From Dehalococcoidia bacterium (GTDB taxonomy: Bacteria > Chloroflexota > Dehalococcoidia > Dehalococcoidales > RBG-16-60-22): a stretch of 31,825 bases of DNA. The stretch is from positions 1 to 31,825 of the forward strand of contig JAUWLN010000001.1 of NCBI GenBank assembly GCA_030613665.1. The letters run 5' to 3'. The notes beneath the pieces are model-generated. The model was given only the letters and a program-made list of their open reading frames with translations, searched no databases and was not told the DNA's origin. Made by a program: the position numbers and the translations under genes. This document shows, piece by piece, positions 8,345 to 16,556 of the stretch; positions within the stretch are counted from its first letter, which is position 1; each line of letters opens with the position of its first letter.

Positions 8345-9199
8345 CTAATTGTGGATTTGCCATGACAGGATATGTGTATTCCCACCGCCTATCATTGCCT
8401 TGGTGATGATTTTAGCGGTGGTTTTACTGCTCTCCGGGTGGATTGCCGTCGCGGTAATTTCGTAAGAAGTGCCGGTTATTTCACCAACGGCACCGATGTC
8501 ATTTCTATTGGCGACCACCCAGGCATAATGGCCCTCCTGTTCTCCCGCACCGGTTATGTAGAAAATCTGAGTTTGCACCGGTTCGTCTTCGGAAACATAA
8601 GGATACGGCGGCCCGAGTTCCCAGCTCAGCAGATAAGCGCCCTGTGAATCCAGGATTTCATCCGGTTCATCTGTGGAGAGGTTTTCCGTAAAATCGGCCG
8701 CTGACCCTGCCTTATAGCTGTAGCCGATAGGAATCCTGGCCCCCACTTCCACAAGATGTATTGTGGGTGCCCCGGAGCCAGGTTGCCAGGTGACGGTAAT
8801 GGTATATTTATAGGCATTTTCTCCGCTATCCCAGGTGATATTGCCGGTAACGTCAAGGTAATCGCTGTGCTTGCCCGGCTCGATGAATTCACCGAGATAC
8901 AGCGTGTAGTTCCCACTGTCTACGGTCTGTATGTTAACCTGCATATCGTTGATATTGCCTGGCAGCTGGGTGGGAGGTGACTCGCCATTGGCCAGTGCCC
9001 ATAACGTTTCTTCCACACCGGCATCAGCGGCGTAGGTGCCCTTTGTTCCGCCCTCAAGCATTTGACTGGTTTTCGCGCTCGTGAAGGTCAGGTTCAGGCT
9101 CGGTACGATGGTCAGGCCACCGATAACCAGCATGGCTAGAACGATGGGAAAGGCTTGTCCTGCTTCACCTTTTAATATTTTCTTTAAAATCCTGAACAC
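8345..9199 (-). CDS. Large PilX/GspK-like minor pilin with an inserted beta-rich domain
   Basis: Class III-like leader KKILKGEAG|QAFPIVLAMLVIGG with no Glu5, YAADAGVE motif, C-terminal YEITATA...ILSW. Confidence 0.65.
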   Translation of the reverse strand: MFRILKKILKGEAGQAFPIVLAMLVIGGLTIVPSLNLTFTSAKTSQMLEGGTKGTYAADAGVEETLWALANGESPPTQLPGNINDMQVNIQTVDSGNYTLYLGEFIEPGKHSDYLDVTGNITWDSGENAYKYTITVTWQPGSGAPTIHLVEVGARIPIGYSYKAGSAADFTENLSTDEPDEILDSQGAYLLSWELGPPYPYVSEDEPVQTQIFYITGAGEQEGHYAWVVANRNDIGAVGEITGTSYEITATAIHPESSKTTAKIITKAMIGGGNTHILSWQIHN

Positions 9200-9212
9200 T
9201 GGCTTCTCTCCG

Positions 9213-9743
9213 TTAAATATTCGGTCGGTGTGTTACCCGATATTCCCTTATCTCTCTGGCCTCATCAACAAGCGAGGCGAGTTGTAACGTCAGTACCGGA
9301 GCTTGATAGTCTGCTTTACTGGTATTATCGGGGTCGCCGGGAGCATAATAAATGTGCAGGGCGATAAGGGTCTGTTCATTGGCGCCGGCGCTGCTCCAGT
9401 GACTTCGTTTCAGCTTGCCTATACCGTCGGTTAAATCCTCAAAGAAATAGGTTGCCGAGTGATATATTGCCTCGTCTTCGCTATCCCATACGGTCCAGTT
9501 GAAGACGAGGCAATCCGGCGATGTTAAATTGTCCGTTTCGATACTCTGCGCCATGCCGGCATCCCGGCTTATCCAGTACCCCGCATTCTGTACCTGGCGC
9601 ACCGCGTTCATATGAGAATTGTTCGTCTCCGTGCCCTTTAAAACCTGAAAGATAGTGATGGATGCCGCGCCGCTCACCAGCACGATAACAGCAACCGCCA
9701 CAATTAATTCGATTAACGTGTACCCTTTCTCACTGCGTATCAT
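9213..9743 (-). CDS. Type IV minor pilin (PilW-like)
   Basis: Prepilin cleavage/methylation motif SEKG|YTLIELIVAVAVIVLV followed by an amphipathic helix (VRQVQNAGYWISRD). Confidence 0.85.
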   Translation of the reverse strand: MIRSEKGYTLIELIVAVAVIVLVSGAASITIFQVLKGTETNNSHMNAVRQVQNAGYWISRDAGMAQSIETDNLTSPDCLVFNWTVWDSEDEAIYHSATYFFEDLTDGIGKLKRSHWSSAGANEQTLIALHIYYAPGDPDNTSKADYQAPVLTLQLASLVDEAREIREYRVTHRPNI

Positions 9744-10147
9744 CGGTCGACCTTATATCCTTGAAGAAAATAAACGTCTTCGCCGGAACGTTGAATGGAC
9801 ACCGTGATTTTCTGTATGCCATCATCCGGGGTGTGCACCGGCTCTACAGACACAACTGACGAATATTGCAGATAATCCTTTCCATCAGGAATCGGCGCTG
9901 CTGAATATGAGGTGGCGTTGTATGAGTAGCTGGCGTTTTTCACCCATTCCATATGGCTCTGGGCGAGGCTTTCAGCGGTTGTCCTTTCATCAACGATGAA
10001 GACTGACTTCGAGGTTGAAGTCAGGCCATTGAGAAAGGTGACGGAGACAACTCCGAGTATGGCCAGGGCGATAGCCGTTTCCAGGAAGGTTATACCCGGT
10101 TCCCGCCGATTCAACCCCATAATTTTTTGCCAGAATCTCATAATCAA
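9740..10147 (-). CDS. Type IV minor pilin (PilV-like)
   Basis: RREPG|ITFLETAIALAILGVVSVTFL with Glu5; C-terminal IQKITVSI..SG strand; 4-bp overlap with the next gene. Confidence 0.8.
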   Translation of the reverse strand: MIMRFWQKIMGLNRREPGITFLETAIALAILGVVSVTFLNGLTSTSKSVFIVDERTTAESLAQSHMEWVKNASYSYNATSYSAAPIPDGKDYLQYSSVVSVEPVHTPDDGIQKITVSIQRSGEDVYFLQGYKVDR

Positions 10148-10154
10148 TTTCCTG

Positions 10155-11364
10155 TTAAAACTCCTGTCCGTAGATGGAATACATGGCGGAAACGAGGGGA
10201 AGGGCGATGGCGGCGATGACCAGGCCGATAATCAGCGTCATAGCCGGCTGTATCAGCGAGATGAGGGAGCGGGTCTTGTCCTCGGCTTCAGCCTCATAGC
10301 TGCGGGCAACGGCGAGCAGCGTGACATCCAGGTTGCCCGTCTCTTCGCCGACCCTCACCAGCTGCACCATCATGGGCAGGAAAAGTTTGTTTTTGGTCAT
10401 GGGATGCGAGATGCCCTCGCCTTTTATCATGTCCTGCTGGACGCCGCTGAGAGCGTCGGATAACGCCCGGTTCCGGCTGCTCTGAATGAGCAGGGGGAGG
10501 ATTTCGGTCAGGGGGAGGCCGGTGCGGAATAACAGTGACATGCTCCGGCAAAGGCGGGCTAGCTCGCTCAGGTGGATTACACTCCCGAGCACCGGCAGAC
10601 GCAGGATGAGTCTGTCCCATTTGGCCCGGCCTTTCGGCGTTTTGATATAGAAGTAGGCCAGAACCAGGACGGCCAGCGTTCCCAGCATGAGATAGGCCCA
10701 AGTATTCCTTGAGCTTTCCGGAGAGGTCAATGAGCAGCCTGGTGGATGCTGGCATCTCAACGCCCAGTGAACCGTACATGGTGCCGAACTGGGGTAAGAC
10801 AAACGTAACCAGCACGACAATAACGACGACTGTCACCACCGAGGTGATTACCGGATACATCAGTGCGTTTTTAGTCTCCTTGGTGGTGGTGACCTCCTTC
10901 TCCATATAATCAGCCACCTGGTTGAGCACCGTCTCAAGGTCTCCGCTCTGCTCTCCCACGCCTATCAATCGGCAGTAAATAGGGGAAAAGACACGGGGGT
11001 GCTTGCCCAATGCCCTGGATAGCTGGTGCCCGGCGCGCAATTCCGAAATTACGTCGTCCAGGACCTTTTTCAATGCGCGGTTGGCCGCCTGCTCCTGCAG
11101 CAGTTCCAGTGAAGCGACGATATCAATGCCAGATTCCAGAAGCATGGCCAGCTGCCGGTATATCAGGATGATATCGCTCGGCTTTACCTGGAACAGACCG
11201 GCGGTCAGCTTTTCGACATTGAGAAAGGGGATGTACGGCTTGAGGTTGATTGCCTGATAGCCGGCATAGCCGAGCAGGTCATTAGCTGCCTCTTTACTTG
11301 TGGCCGGGAGTTTACCTTTAACTATCTCTCCCTTTTCGTTATAGGCAATGTACTGGAAAACCAT
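10155..11364 (-). pseudogene. pilC: Type IV pilus platform protein PilC/GspF, split by a +1 frameshift
   Basis: ORF 10294-11364 gives the N-half (RQLAMLLESGI, GEQSGDLETVL, ALMYP). ORF 10155-10820 gives the C-half (RLPVLG, GEETGNLDVTL, IQPAM). Removing one base of AA at 10700-10701 yields a continuous 402-aa protein (...KLKEYWAYLMLG...). Confidence 0.9.
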
Positions 11365-11429
11365 CTGTCTCTCCCCAGAGGTGCTCCTCCTCTATCTTGG
11401 TTGCGGCGAAATTTAAATGGGGTCTGCCG

Positions 11430-12965
11430 TCAGTCTACGGAGTAGGCGTTACGGAGAACTTCGGCCGGGGTGGTGAAATTCTCCTTGACCTTCAGCATCC
11501 CGTCTTTGACTAAAGGCACCATTCCCTCCTTAATCGCCTGGTTTCTGAGTCCGGCGGCGGTGGTGCCATTGAGTAACATCATGCGTATTTCATCACTGAC
11601 CTGTAAAATCTCAAATAGCCCGCTTCGGCCATGGTATCCGGTTTGGGAGCAGGACTTGCAGCCTTTGCCGTAAAGAAACTCCTGACGGTTTTCCTCCACT
11701 TCTTTCTCGTAGCTCATCTGCTCTACGAGCGGAACCGGGGTTAGCTGGGCGCAGTCGGGACAGACCCGTCGCACCATACGCTGGGCGATGACGCCGATGA
11801 GCGCCGAAGCGACCAAAAAGGGCTCGATACCCAGGTCAAGGAGGCGGAACACCACGCCCACGGCGTCGTTGGCATGTATTGAAGACAGTACCAGGTGCCC
11901 GGTGAGCGCTGACTGGATGGCAAGGCGGGCCGTCTCGGCATCGCGTATCTCGCCGACCAGGATTACGTCAGGGTCAAGGCGTAGTATGGACCTGAGTCCG
12001 CTGGCAAAGGTGAGGCCGGCACGTGTATTTACCTGAATCTGATTGATGTCCTGAAACCGGTATTCCACGGGGTCCTCAATGGTGATAATGTTCCTTCCGG
12101 TGCAATCAAGGCAGTTCACCGAAGCGTAAAGGGTAGTGGTTTTACCGGCGCCGGTAGGGCCACTGGCCAGAAGCATGCCGTACGGAGTTTTGAGCATCTC
12201 TTCATATTTGGCCAGGCTCTGGGGCATGAAACCCAGGTCAGACAGGTTCAGGATACCCTTGGATTTGTCCAGGAGCCTTAATGCCGCCATCTCACCGTAC
12301 ACGGTGGCCACCGTGCCGACGCGGATATCCATTGACTGACCACCCCGGGTACGTACTGCGAAATGGCCATCCTGCGGGCGATGATGGTCGGCAATATTCA
12401 TATTGGCCAGAATCTTGATCTGGGAAATGAGAGGGGTAGCCGTTGCCAGGGGCAAAGACAGCGTGTTATGAAGCGTGCCGCCGATGCGGTAACGTACCAG
12501 CAGCTTATCTTCCTGGGGTTGGAGATGTATGTCGGAGGCGCGAGCCTTAGCCGCCTCGTCGATGATAAGGGTAAGCGCCTTGGCCACCGGGGCATCGGTT
12601 ACCGTGTCCAGCTTGGCCGGCGCCTCGATTTCTCCGATTTCCTGCGAGATGCTGGAAATCTGCTTTTCAATCTCCTCATAGGACTGGTAGTTGAAATCAA
12701 TGGCATCCTGGACTTCTGCGGCACTGGCCTTCACCGGCACGATGTGCATATGGCTCCGCGCGGCCAGAGCCTCCAGCGCTATGATGTCGGAGGGGTTGAC
12801 CATGGCGACATGAAGCACGTTACCGCTTATTTCCAGAGGAATGGCAGAATGCTTCCTCGCCATAGTTTCTGGTATAAGGCGCAACGCTTCGGATTGAATC
12901 AGGTGCTTGCGAAGCCTGGTCCGTGGCGTCTCGGTTTGTGGTTCGGTAACAGATGTATCAGGCAT
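11430..12965 (-). CDS. pilB: Type IV pilus extension ATPase PilB/GspE
   Basis: T2SSE_N-like domain (LIPETMARKHSAIPL), ASDIHLQP, Walker A GPTGAGKTTT, TIEDPVE, LRLDPDVILVGEIRD, TGHLVLSSIH, zinc motif CPDC...GCKSC. Confidence 0.93.
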   Translation of the reverse strand: MPDTSVTEPQTETPRTRLRKHLIQSEALRLIPETMARKHSAIPLEISGNVLHVAMVNPSDIIALEALAARSHMHIVPVKASAAEVQDAIDFNYQSYEEIEKQISSISQEIGEIEAPAKLDTVTDAPVAKALTLIIDEAAKARASDIHLQPQEDKLLVRYRIGGTLHNTLSLPLATATPLISQIKILANMNIADHHRPQDGHFAVRTRGGQSMDIRVGTVATVYGEMAALRLLDKSKGILNLSDLGFMPQSLAKYEEMLKTPYGMLLASGPTGAGKTTTLYASVNCLDCTGRNIITIEDPVEYRFQDINQIQVNTRAGLTFASGLRSILRLDPDVILVGEIRDAETARLAIQSALTGHLVLSSIHANDAVGVVFRLLDLGIEPFLVASALIGVIAQRMVRRVCPDCAQLTPVPLVEQMSYEKEVEENRQEFLYGKGCKSCSQTGYHGRSGLFEILQVSDEIRMMLLNGTTAAGLRNQAIKEGMVPLVKDGMLKVKENFTTPAEVLRNAYSVD

Positions 12966-13135
12966 AAAATGCTAATTCTCCCGTCCGTCATTATTAATCC
13001 AGGTCACAGGAGTAATCTTATCTAGCCGAGTGGCAGTTGACAATAGCTCTTTGGTCATAGGTAATAAGACTTGCTCCGCCTTTTTATCCTTCATAGACAA
13101 AGAGGATACAGTTGAGAGGTTAAATAGAAGGTAAA

Positions 13136-13176
13136 AATACGGGTCAATTTTCTTAAGATTTTCTAAAACCCGTATT
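13136..13176. promoter_or_regulatory. Inverted repeat enclosing an 11-bp-period direct repeat upstream of pilB
   Basis: AATACGGGT (13136-13144), N23, ACCCGTATT (13168-13176). Inside: ATTTTCT at 13147 and 13158. A minus-strand TTGACC overlaps one arm. Confidence 0.45.
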
Positions 13177-13206
13177 CCGGGGAGGTTTTTTTGGAGACGG
13201 GGTGTT

Positions 13207-13248
13207 AATAATAAAGAGGCAGGAGAGAGGCAATGCCCTTCTCCTGCC
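13207..13248 (-). terminator. Intrinsic terminator after glxR
   Basis: Minus strand GGCAGGAGAAGGGC-ATT-GCCTCTCTCCTGCC followed by TCTTTATTATT. Confidence 0.75.
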
Positions 13249-13276
13249 CTTCTGTCTTAATTAAGAATCAGTTTGC

Positions 13277-14167
13277 TTATTTGCCAGCGACCTTGTGGTC
13301 GGCCAGCTTCTCCAGTGCCAGCACCAGAGCAGAATGGTCTAGGTCGCTATCGCCCTGGGCCGCGAGGGCGTTGAAAAGTTCCTGGGCTACGGCGCAACCC
13401 GGCAGGCTCATTCCCAGACTGCGGGCGCCCTGCAGGGCATTGTTCAGGTCCTTCTGCTGGTGGCGGATGCGGAAGCCCGGCTGGAAGGTGCGCTCAATAA
13501 TCCGCTTTCCGTGCAGGTCCATGATGCGGCTCTGCGCGAAGCCACCGAGCAGCGCCTCCCTTACTTTGGCCGGGTCGGCGCCCGCCTTGGAGGCGAAAAG
13601 CAGAGCTTCACTGATGGCCATGATGGTCTCGCCAACCACAATCTGGTTGGCCACTTTGCAGGTCTGACCGTCGCCGTTGCCGCCGATGTAGACTATGTTC
13701 TTGCCCATAAGCTCGAAGTAGGGCTTGATTTTTTCAAATACTTCCGGCTTACCGCCGACCATGATGGACAGGGTAGCGTTCTCCGCGCCAACCTGCCCGC
13801 CGGAAACCGGAGCATCCAGCATTTCCGCGCCCTTTTCCGCCAGCTTCTTGGCGAACTCCTTGGTGGCAATCGGGGAGATGGAGCTCATATCCACGACAAT
13901 CGAGCCTGATTTAACGCCTTCGCTGACGCCGTTTTTACCGAAGAGGGCGGTTTCCACGTCTGGCGTATCCGGCACCATCACGAAGACAATGTCTGATTTC
14001 TCGGCGACCTCTTTGCAGGTGCCGCAGGCAACGGCCCCCTTGCCCGCCAGTTCTTTGACCGGCGCATCAACCACGTCATAAATGTGAATCGTGTTGCCCT
14101 CCTCCATCAAATGACTGGCCATCGGTTTGCCCATTATGCCTACGCCAATGAATCCAAGATTTGCCAT
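13277..14167 (-). CDS. glxR: 2-hydroxy-3-oxopropionate (tartronate semialdehyde) reductase
   Basis: GFIGVGIMGKPMA, DMSSISP, LDAPVSGG..GA, CKVANQI, FQPGFRI..HQKDL; beta-hydroxyacid dehydrogenase family, next to hyi. Confidence 0.88.
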   Translation of the reverse strand: MANLGFIGVGIMGKPMASHLMEEGNTIHIYDVVDAPVKELAGKGAVACGTCKEVAEKSDIVFVMVPDTPDVETALFGKNGVSEGVKSGSIVVDMSSISPIATKEFAKKLAEKGAEMLDAPVSGGQVGAENATLSIMVGGKPEVFEKIKPYFELMGKNIVYIGGNGDGQTCKVANQIVVGETIMAISEALLFASKAGADPAKVREALLGGFAQSRIMDLHGKRIIERTFQPGFRIRHQQKDLNNALQGARSLGMSLPGCAVAQELFNALAAQGDSDLDHSALVLALEKLADHKVAGK

Positions 14168-14197
14168 AATATCTTTCCTCCTTTTATTTAAAGATAA

Positions 14198-14974
14198 TTA
14201 AAGATAAGGCTTGACCCATCCCAGGCCATCCTCAGTAACGCCGGACGGCTTGTATTCGCAGCCTATCCAGCCGGTGTATCCTGCCTCATCAATGCATTTG
14301 AAGAGATTGGGGAAGTCAATCTCGCCGGTGCCCGGCTCATGCCTGCCCGGCGCATCGGCAAGCTGAATGTGACCGATACGGTCTATGTTCTCCTGAATGG
14401 TTTTGGCCAGGTCACCCTCCATGATTTGCATGTGGTAGATGTCATACTGGAGGTAGAGGTTCGGATGACCGACTTCATCGAATAGCTTGAGCGCGTCCTG
14501 CGTGCCGACGAGGTAGAAACCGGGGACGTCTTTATCGTTGAGAGCTTCCACCACGCACGTAAGGCCCGCTTTCTGCAGGGCATCGGCGGCGAATTTCAGG
14601 TTGCTTACCAGGGTCTGGCGCACTTTGTCCGCCGGCGCATCTTTGGGGGTAAGGCCGACCAGGCAGTTTACGCGGGGGCATTTCAGCGCTCTGGCGTATT
14701 CAATGGCTTTCCCCACTCCCTCCTGGAACTCGCTCTCCCGGCCCGGCAGGCAGGCGGTGCCGCGCTCCCCGGCCGCCCAGTTTCCCGCCGGTATATTGTG
14801 CAGTATATATTCCAGGCCTAGTTTGTCCAGTTTGGCGGCGATTTCTTCCCTGGGCAATTCGTAGGGGAACTGGCATTCCACCGCTTTGAAGCCGGCTTTG
14901 GCGGCACTTTCAAAACGGTTCCCGAAACCGACTTCGGTGAAAAGCATGCTTAAATTGGCACAGAACTTGGGCAT
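14198..14974 (-). CDS. hyi: Hydroxypyruvate isomerase
   Basis: MPKFCANLSMLFTE, AGFKAVE..FPY, EALN..DVPGF, YDIYHMQIMEGDL, HIQLAD.PGRHEPGTGEI, WIGCEYKP. Confidence 0.92.
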   Translation of the reverse strand: MPKFCANLSMLFTEVGFGNRFESAAKAGFKAVECQFPYELPREEIAAKLDKLGLEYILHNIPAGNWAAGERGTACLPGRESEFQEGVGKAIEYARALKCPRVNCLVGLTPKDAPADKVRQTLVSNLKFAADALQKAGLTCVVEALNDKDVPGFYLVGTQDALKLFDEVGHPNLYLQYDIYHMQIMEGDLAKTIQENIDRIGHIQLADAPGRHEPGTGEIDFPNLFKCIDEAGYTGWIGCEYKPSGVTEDGLGWVKPYL

Positions 14975-15034
14975 AATAACCTCTCCTCTCGATGGCGTTT
15001 TATGGCGGCTGTATTTTCAGATTGTACAAAGAGG

Positions 15035-15063
15035 ATTATAGTCGAATGCAACACAGGTTGCAA
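15035..15063 (-). promoter_or_regulatory. sigma70 promoter of hyi-glxR with an overlapping palindrome
   Basis: Minus strand TTGCAA (15063-15058), 17 bp, TATAAT (15040-15035). TGCAAC-N4-GTTGCA at 15047-15062 overlaps the -35 and spacer. Confidence 0.65.
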
Positions 15064-15112
15064 GGGCAAGTGCCGGCAAATCTGATAATCTCTAAAAATA
15101 GAAATAGACAGT

Positions 15113-15784
15113 CTATTTTACCCTGACCACTATGATAATATCTCCCGGCTGGCCGTCGGTTACCTGACGGGCGTTGCGCAGTTTCACCCTGGAGCCGTTC
15201 CTTACCCCGGCGGGAATTTTCACCCTGAGCTTTTTCCCCCTCCGAACCAGGTCCTTTTCCAGTCCTTGAGCGGCCTGCTCTCCGGTGATGGCCACCTCAT
15301 AGCGCACTTCGGGGCGGCGCGCCGGTTGTGGCTTTGGCTGGCCAAATATCTCCTCCAGGTTGATGCCGCCCGGCGCCTCGAAGCGTACCCGTCTCCGGCC
15401 GCCGGAGCCTCGACTGAAAGTGCGGAAGGAGCATCCTCTGCCTTTGGACATATCGCCGAAGATATTGTTCAGGAAATCAAAGCCCAGGCCGGAGCCGCGG
15501 AAGTCCTTCATCAGGTCTTCAAAGGTGGTGCGGGTAAAAGGGCTGCCGAAGATGTCGCCGATGTTGCCGACGGTGCCGAACTGGTCGTACTGCTGCCGCT
15601 TCTGCGGGTCACCGAGAACGCCGAAGGCTTCATTGATTTCCTTGAACTTATCGTTGGCCCACTGCTCCTTGCCCGGGTTGCGGTCGGGATGGAACTGCAT
15701 CGCCAGCTTTCGATATACTTTCTTTATCTGCTCTTGGCGGGCAGTTTTCGGCACGACAAGAATCTGGTAGTAGTCCTTTGCCAT
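15113..15784 (-). CDS. Short class II J-domain protein (DnaJ/CbpA-like)
   Basis: KDYYQIL...HPD J-domain, G/F-rich linker, no zinc finger, single truncated C-terminal domain ([15 protein letters not shown]...GDIII). Confidence 0.88.
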   Translation of the reverse strand: MAKDYYQILVVPKTARQEQIKKVYRKLAMQFHPDRNPGKEQWANDKFKEINEAFGVLGDPQKRQQYDQFGTVGNIGDIFGSPFTRTTFEDLMKDFRGSGLGFDFLNNIFGDMSKGRGCSFRTFSRGSGGRRRVRFEAPGGINLEEIFGQPKPQPARRPEVRYEVAITGEQAAQGLEKDLVRRGKKLRVKIPAGVRNGSRVKLRNARQVTDGQPGDIIIVVRVK

Positions 15785-15836
15785 AGCTTATTATTTACCT
15801 GTCCCGAGAGTATAAGTATATCACAGCACGAGACTC

Positions 15837-15865
15837 TTGTTCAGGGTGGGGGCAGGGGGTAGAAT
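15837..15865 (+). promoter_or_regulatory. Putative promoter of the 211-aa gene, back-to-back with an extended -10 for the J-domain gene
   Basis: Plus strand TTGTTC, 17 bp, TAGAAT (15860-15865). On the minus strand, TG-A-TATACT lies at 15823-15815. Confidence 0.45.
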
Positions 15866-15891
15866 GGGGTAGAGAGAAAGGACGGTGCACC

Positions 15892-16527
15892 ATGGCAGAG
15901 CAACTGGGTAAGATTGAGAAACCGGAAGCGAAAGAGTTCACCAGCAAGAAGAAGCTTTACCTCGTTCCGCTGCTTTTCTCGGGGGAAAATGCGCCGGAAG
16001 ATTATGCGGATAAGTACCGGCGCTACTGGCAGCAGGTCGGCGAGCATGTGGCGAACCTCGAGGAGAAGCTTGGTAAGGTGGGGCATATATATCACGAAGC
16101 GGTCTACGAGGCGGGCAAGAGCGGTTTCGAGGCAATGCAAAAACTGAATGCGGATAGCAGCCGAATCGCCGGGGAGAAAAGCGAGGGTGGCGCCCTGATT
16201 GAGGCGATTGAGGATAAAGCCCTGGCCGAGGAAAGCATGGACTGGGAGAGGTTTATCCTCATGGGCTTTCTCAGCCAGAAGGTGGCGCAGCAGGTCTCGG
16301 AACTGTATATCGAAGCGCTGCGCAAGCGCTACGAGCATATCGCCAGGCAGATTGGGGAGACACTCGGGGCGGACGAAGCAGGGCTGCTCTTCATCCGGGA
16401 AGGCCATATGGTGCAGTTCCCTGAAGATATAGAAGTGTTCAGCGTGGCACCGCCGACACTCGACGAAATTCACCGCTGGCAGCGGGAGCAACTGTCGGGA
16501 GGGAAGAAAGACGAGCCGGAAAAATAA
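15892..16527 (+). CDS. Hypothetical soluble protein (211 aa)
   Basis: Protein-like composition, AAAGGA RBS, divergent from the J-domain gene; no family recognised with confidence. Confidence 0.8.
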   Translation: MAEQLGKIEKPEAKEFTSKKKLYLVPLLFSGENAPEDYADKYRRYWQQVGEHVANLEEKLGKVGHIYHEAVYEAGKSGFEAMQKLNADSSRIAGEKSEGGALIEAIEDKALAEESMDWERFILMGFLSQKVAQQVSELYIEALRKRYEHIARQIGETLGADEAGLLFIREGHMVQFPEDIEVFSVAPPTLDEIHRWQREQLSGGKKDEPEK

Positions 16528-16556
16528 TCGCATTAACTATTTCCTGACCTGGTAAC

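Noticed and set aside
12890-12965. Possible MshEN c-di-GMP-binding motif at the PilB N-terminus (RLRKHLI)
   Set aside because: Lacks the RLG glycine and the rest of the RLGxxLxxxGxI...LxxQ repeat, so there is no support for direct c-di-GMP control of PilB.
13037-13065. Plus-strand TTGACA-17-GGTAAT promoter-like sequence
   Set aside because: Poor -10, and no plus-strand gene within 2.8 kb; an antisense RNA cannot be supported from sequence alone.
12966-13130. Possible c-di-GMP riboswitch in the long pilB leader
   Set aside because: I could not find the GEMM-I GNRA/receptor architecture or a class II pattern by eye; an Rfam scan would be needed.
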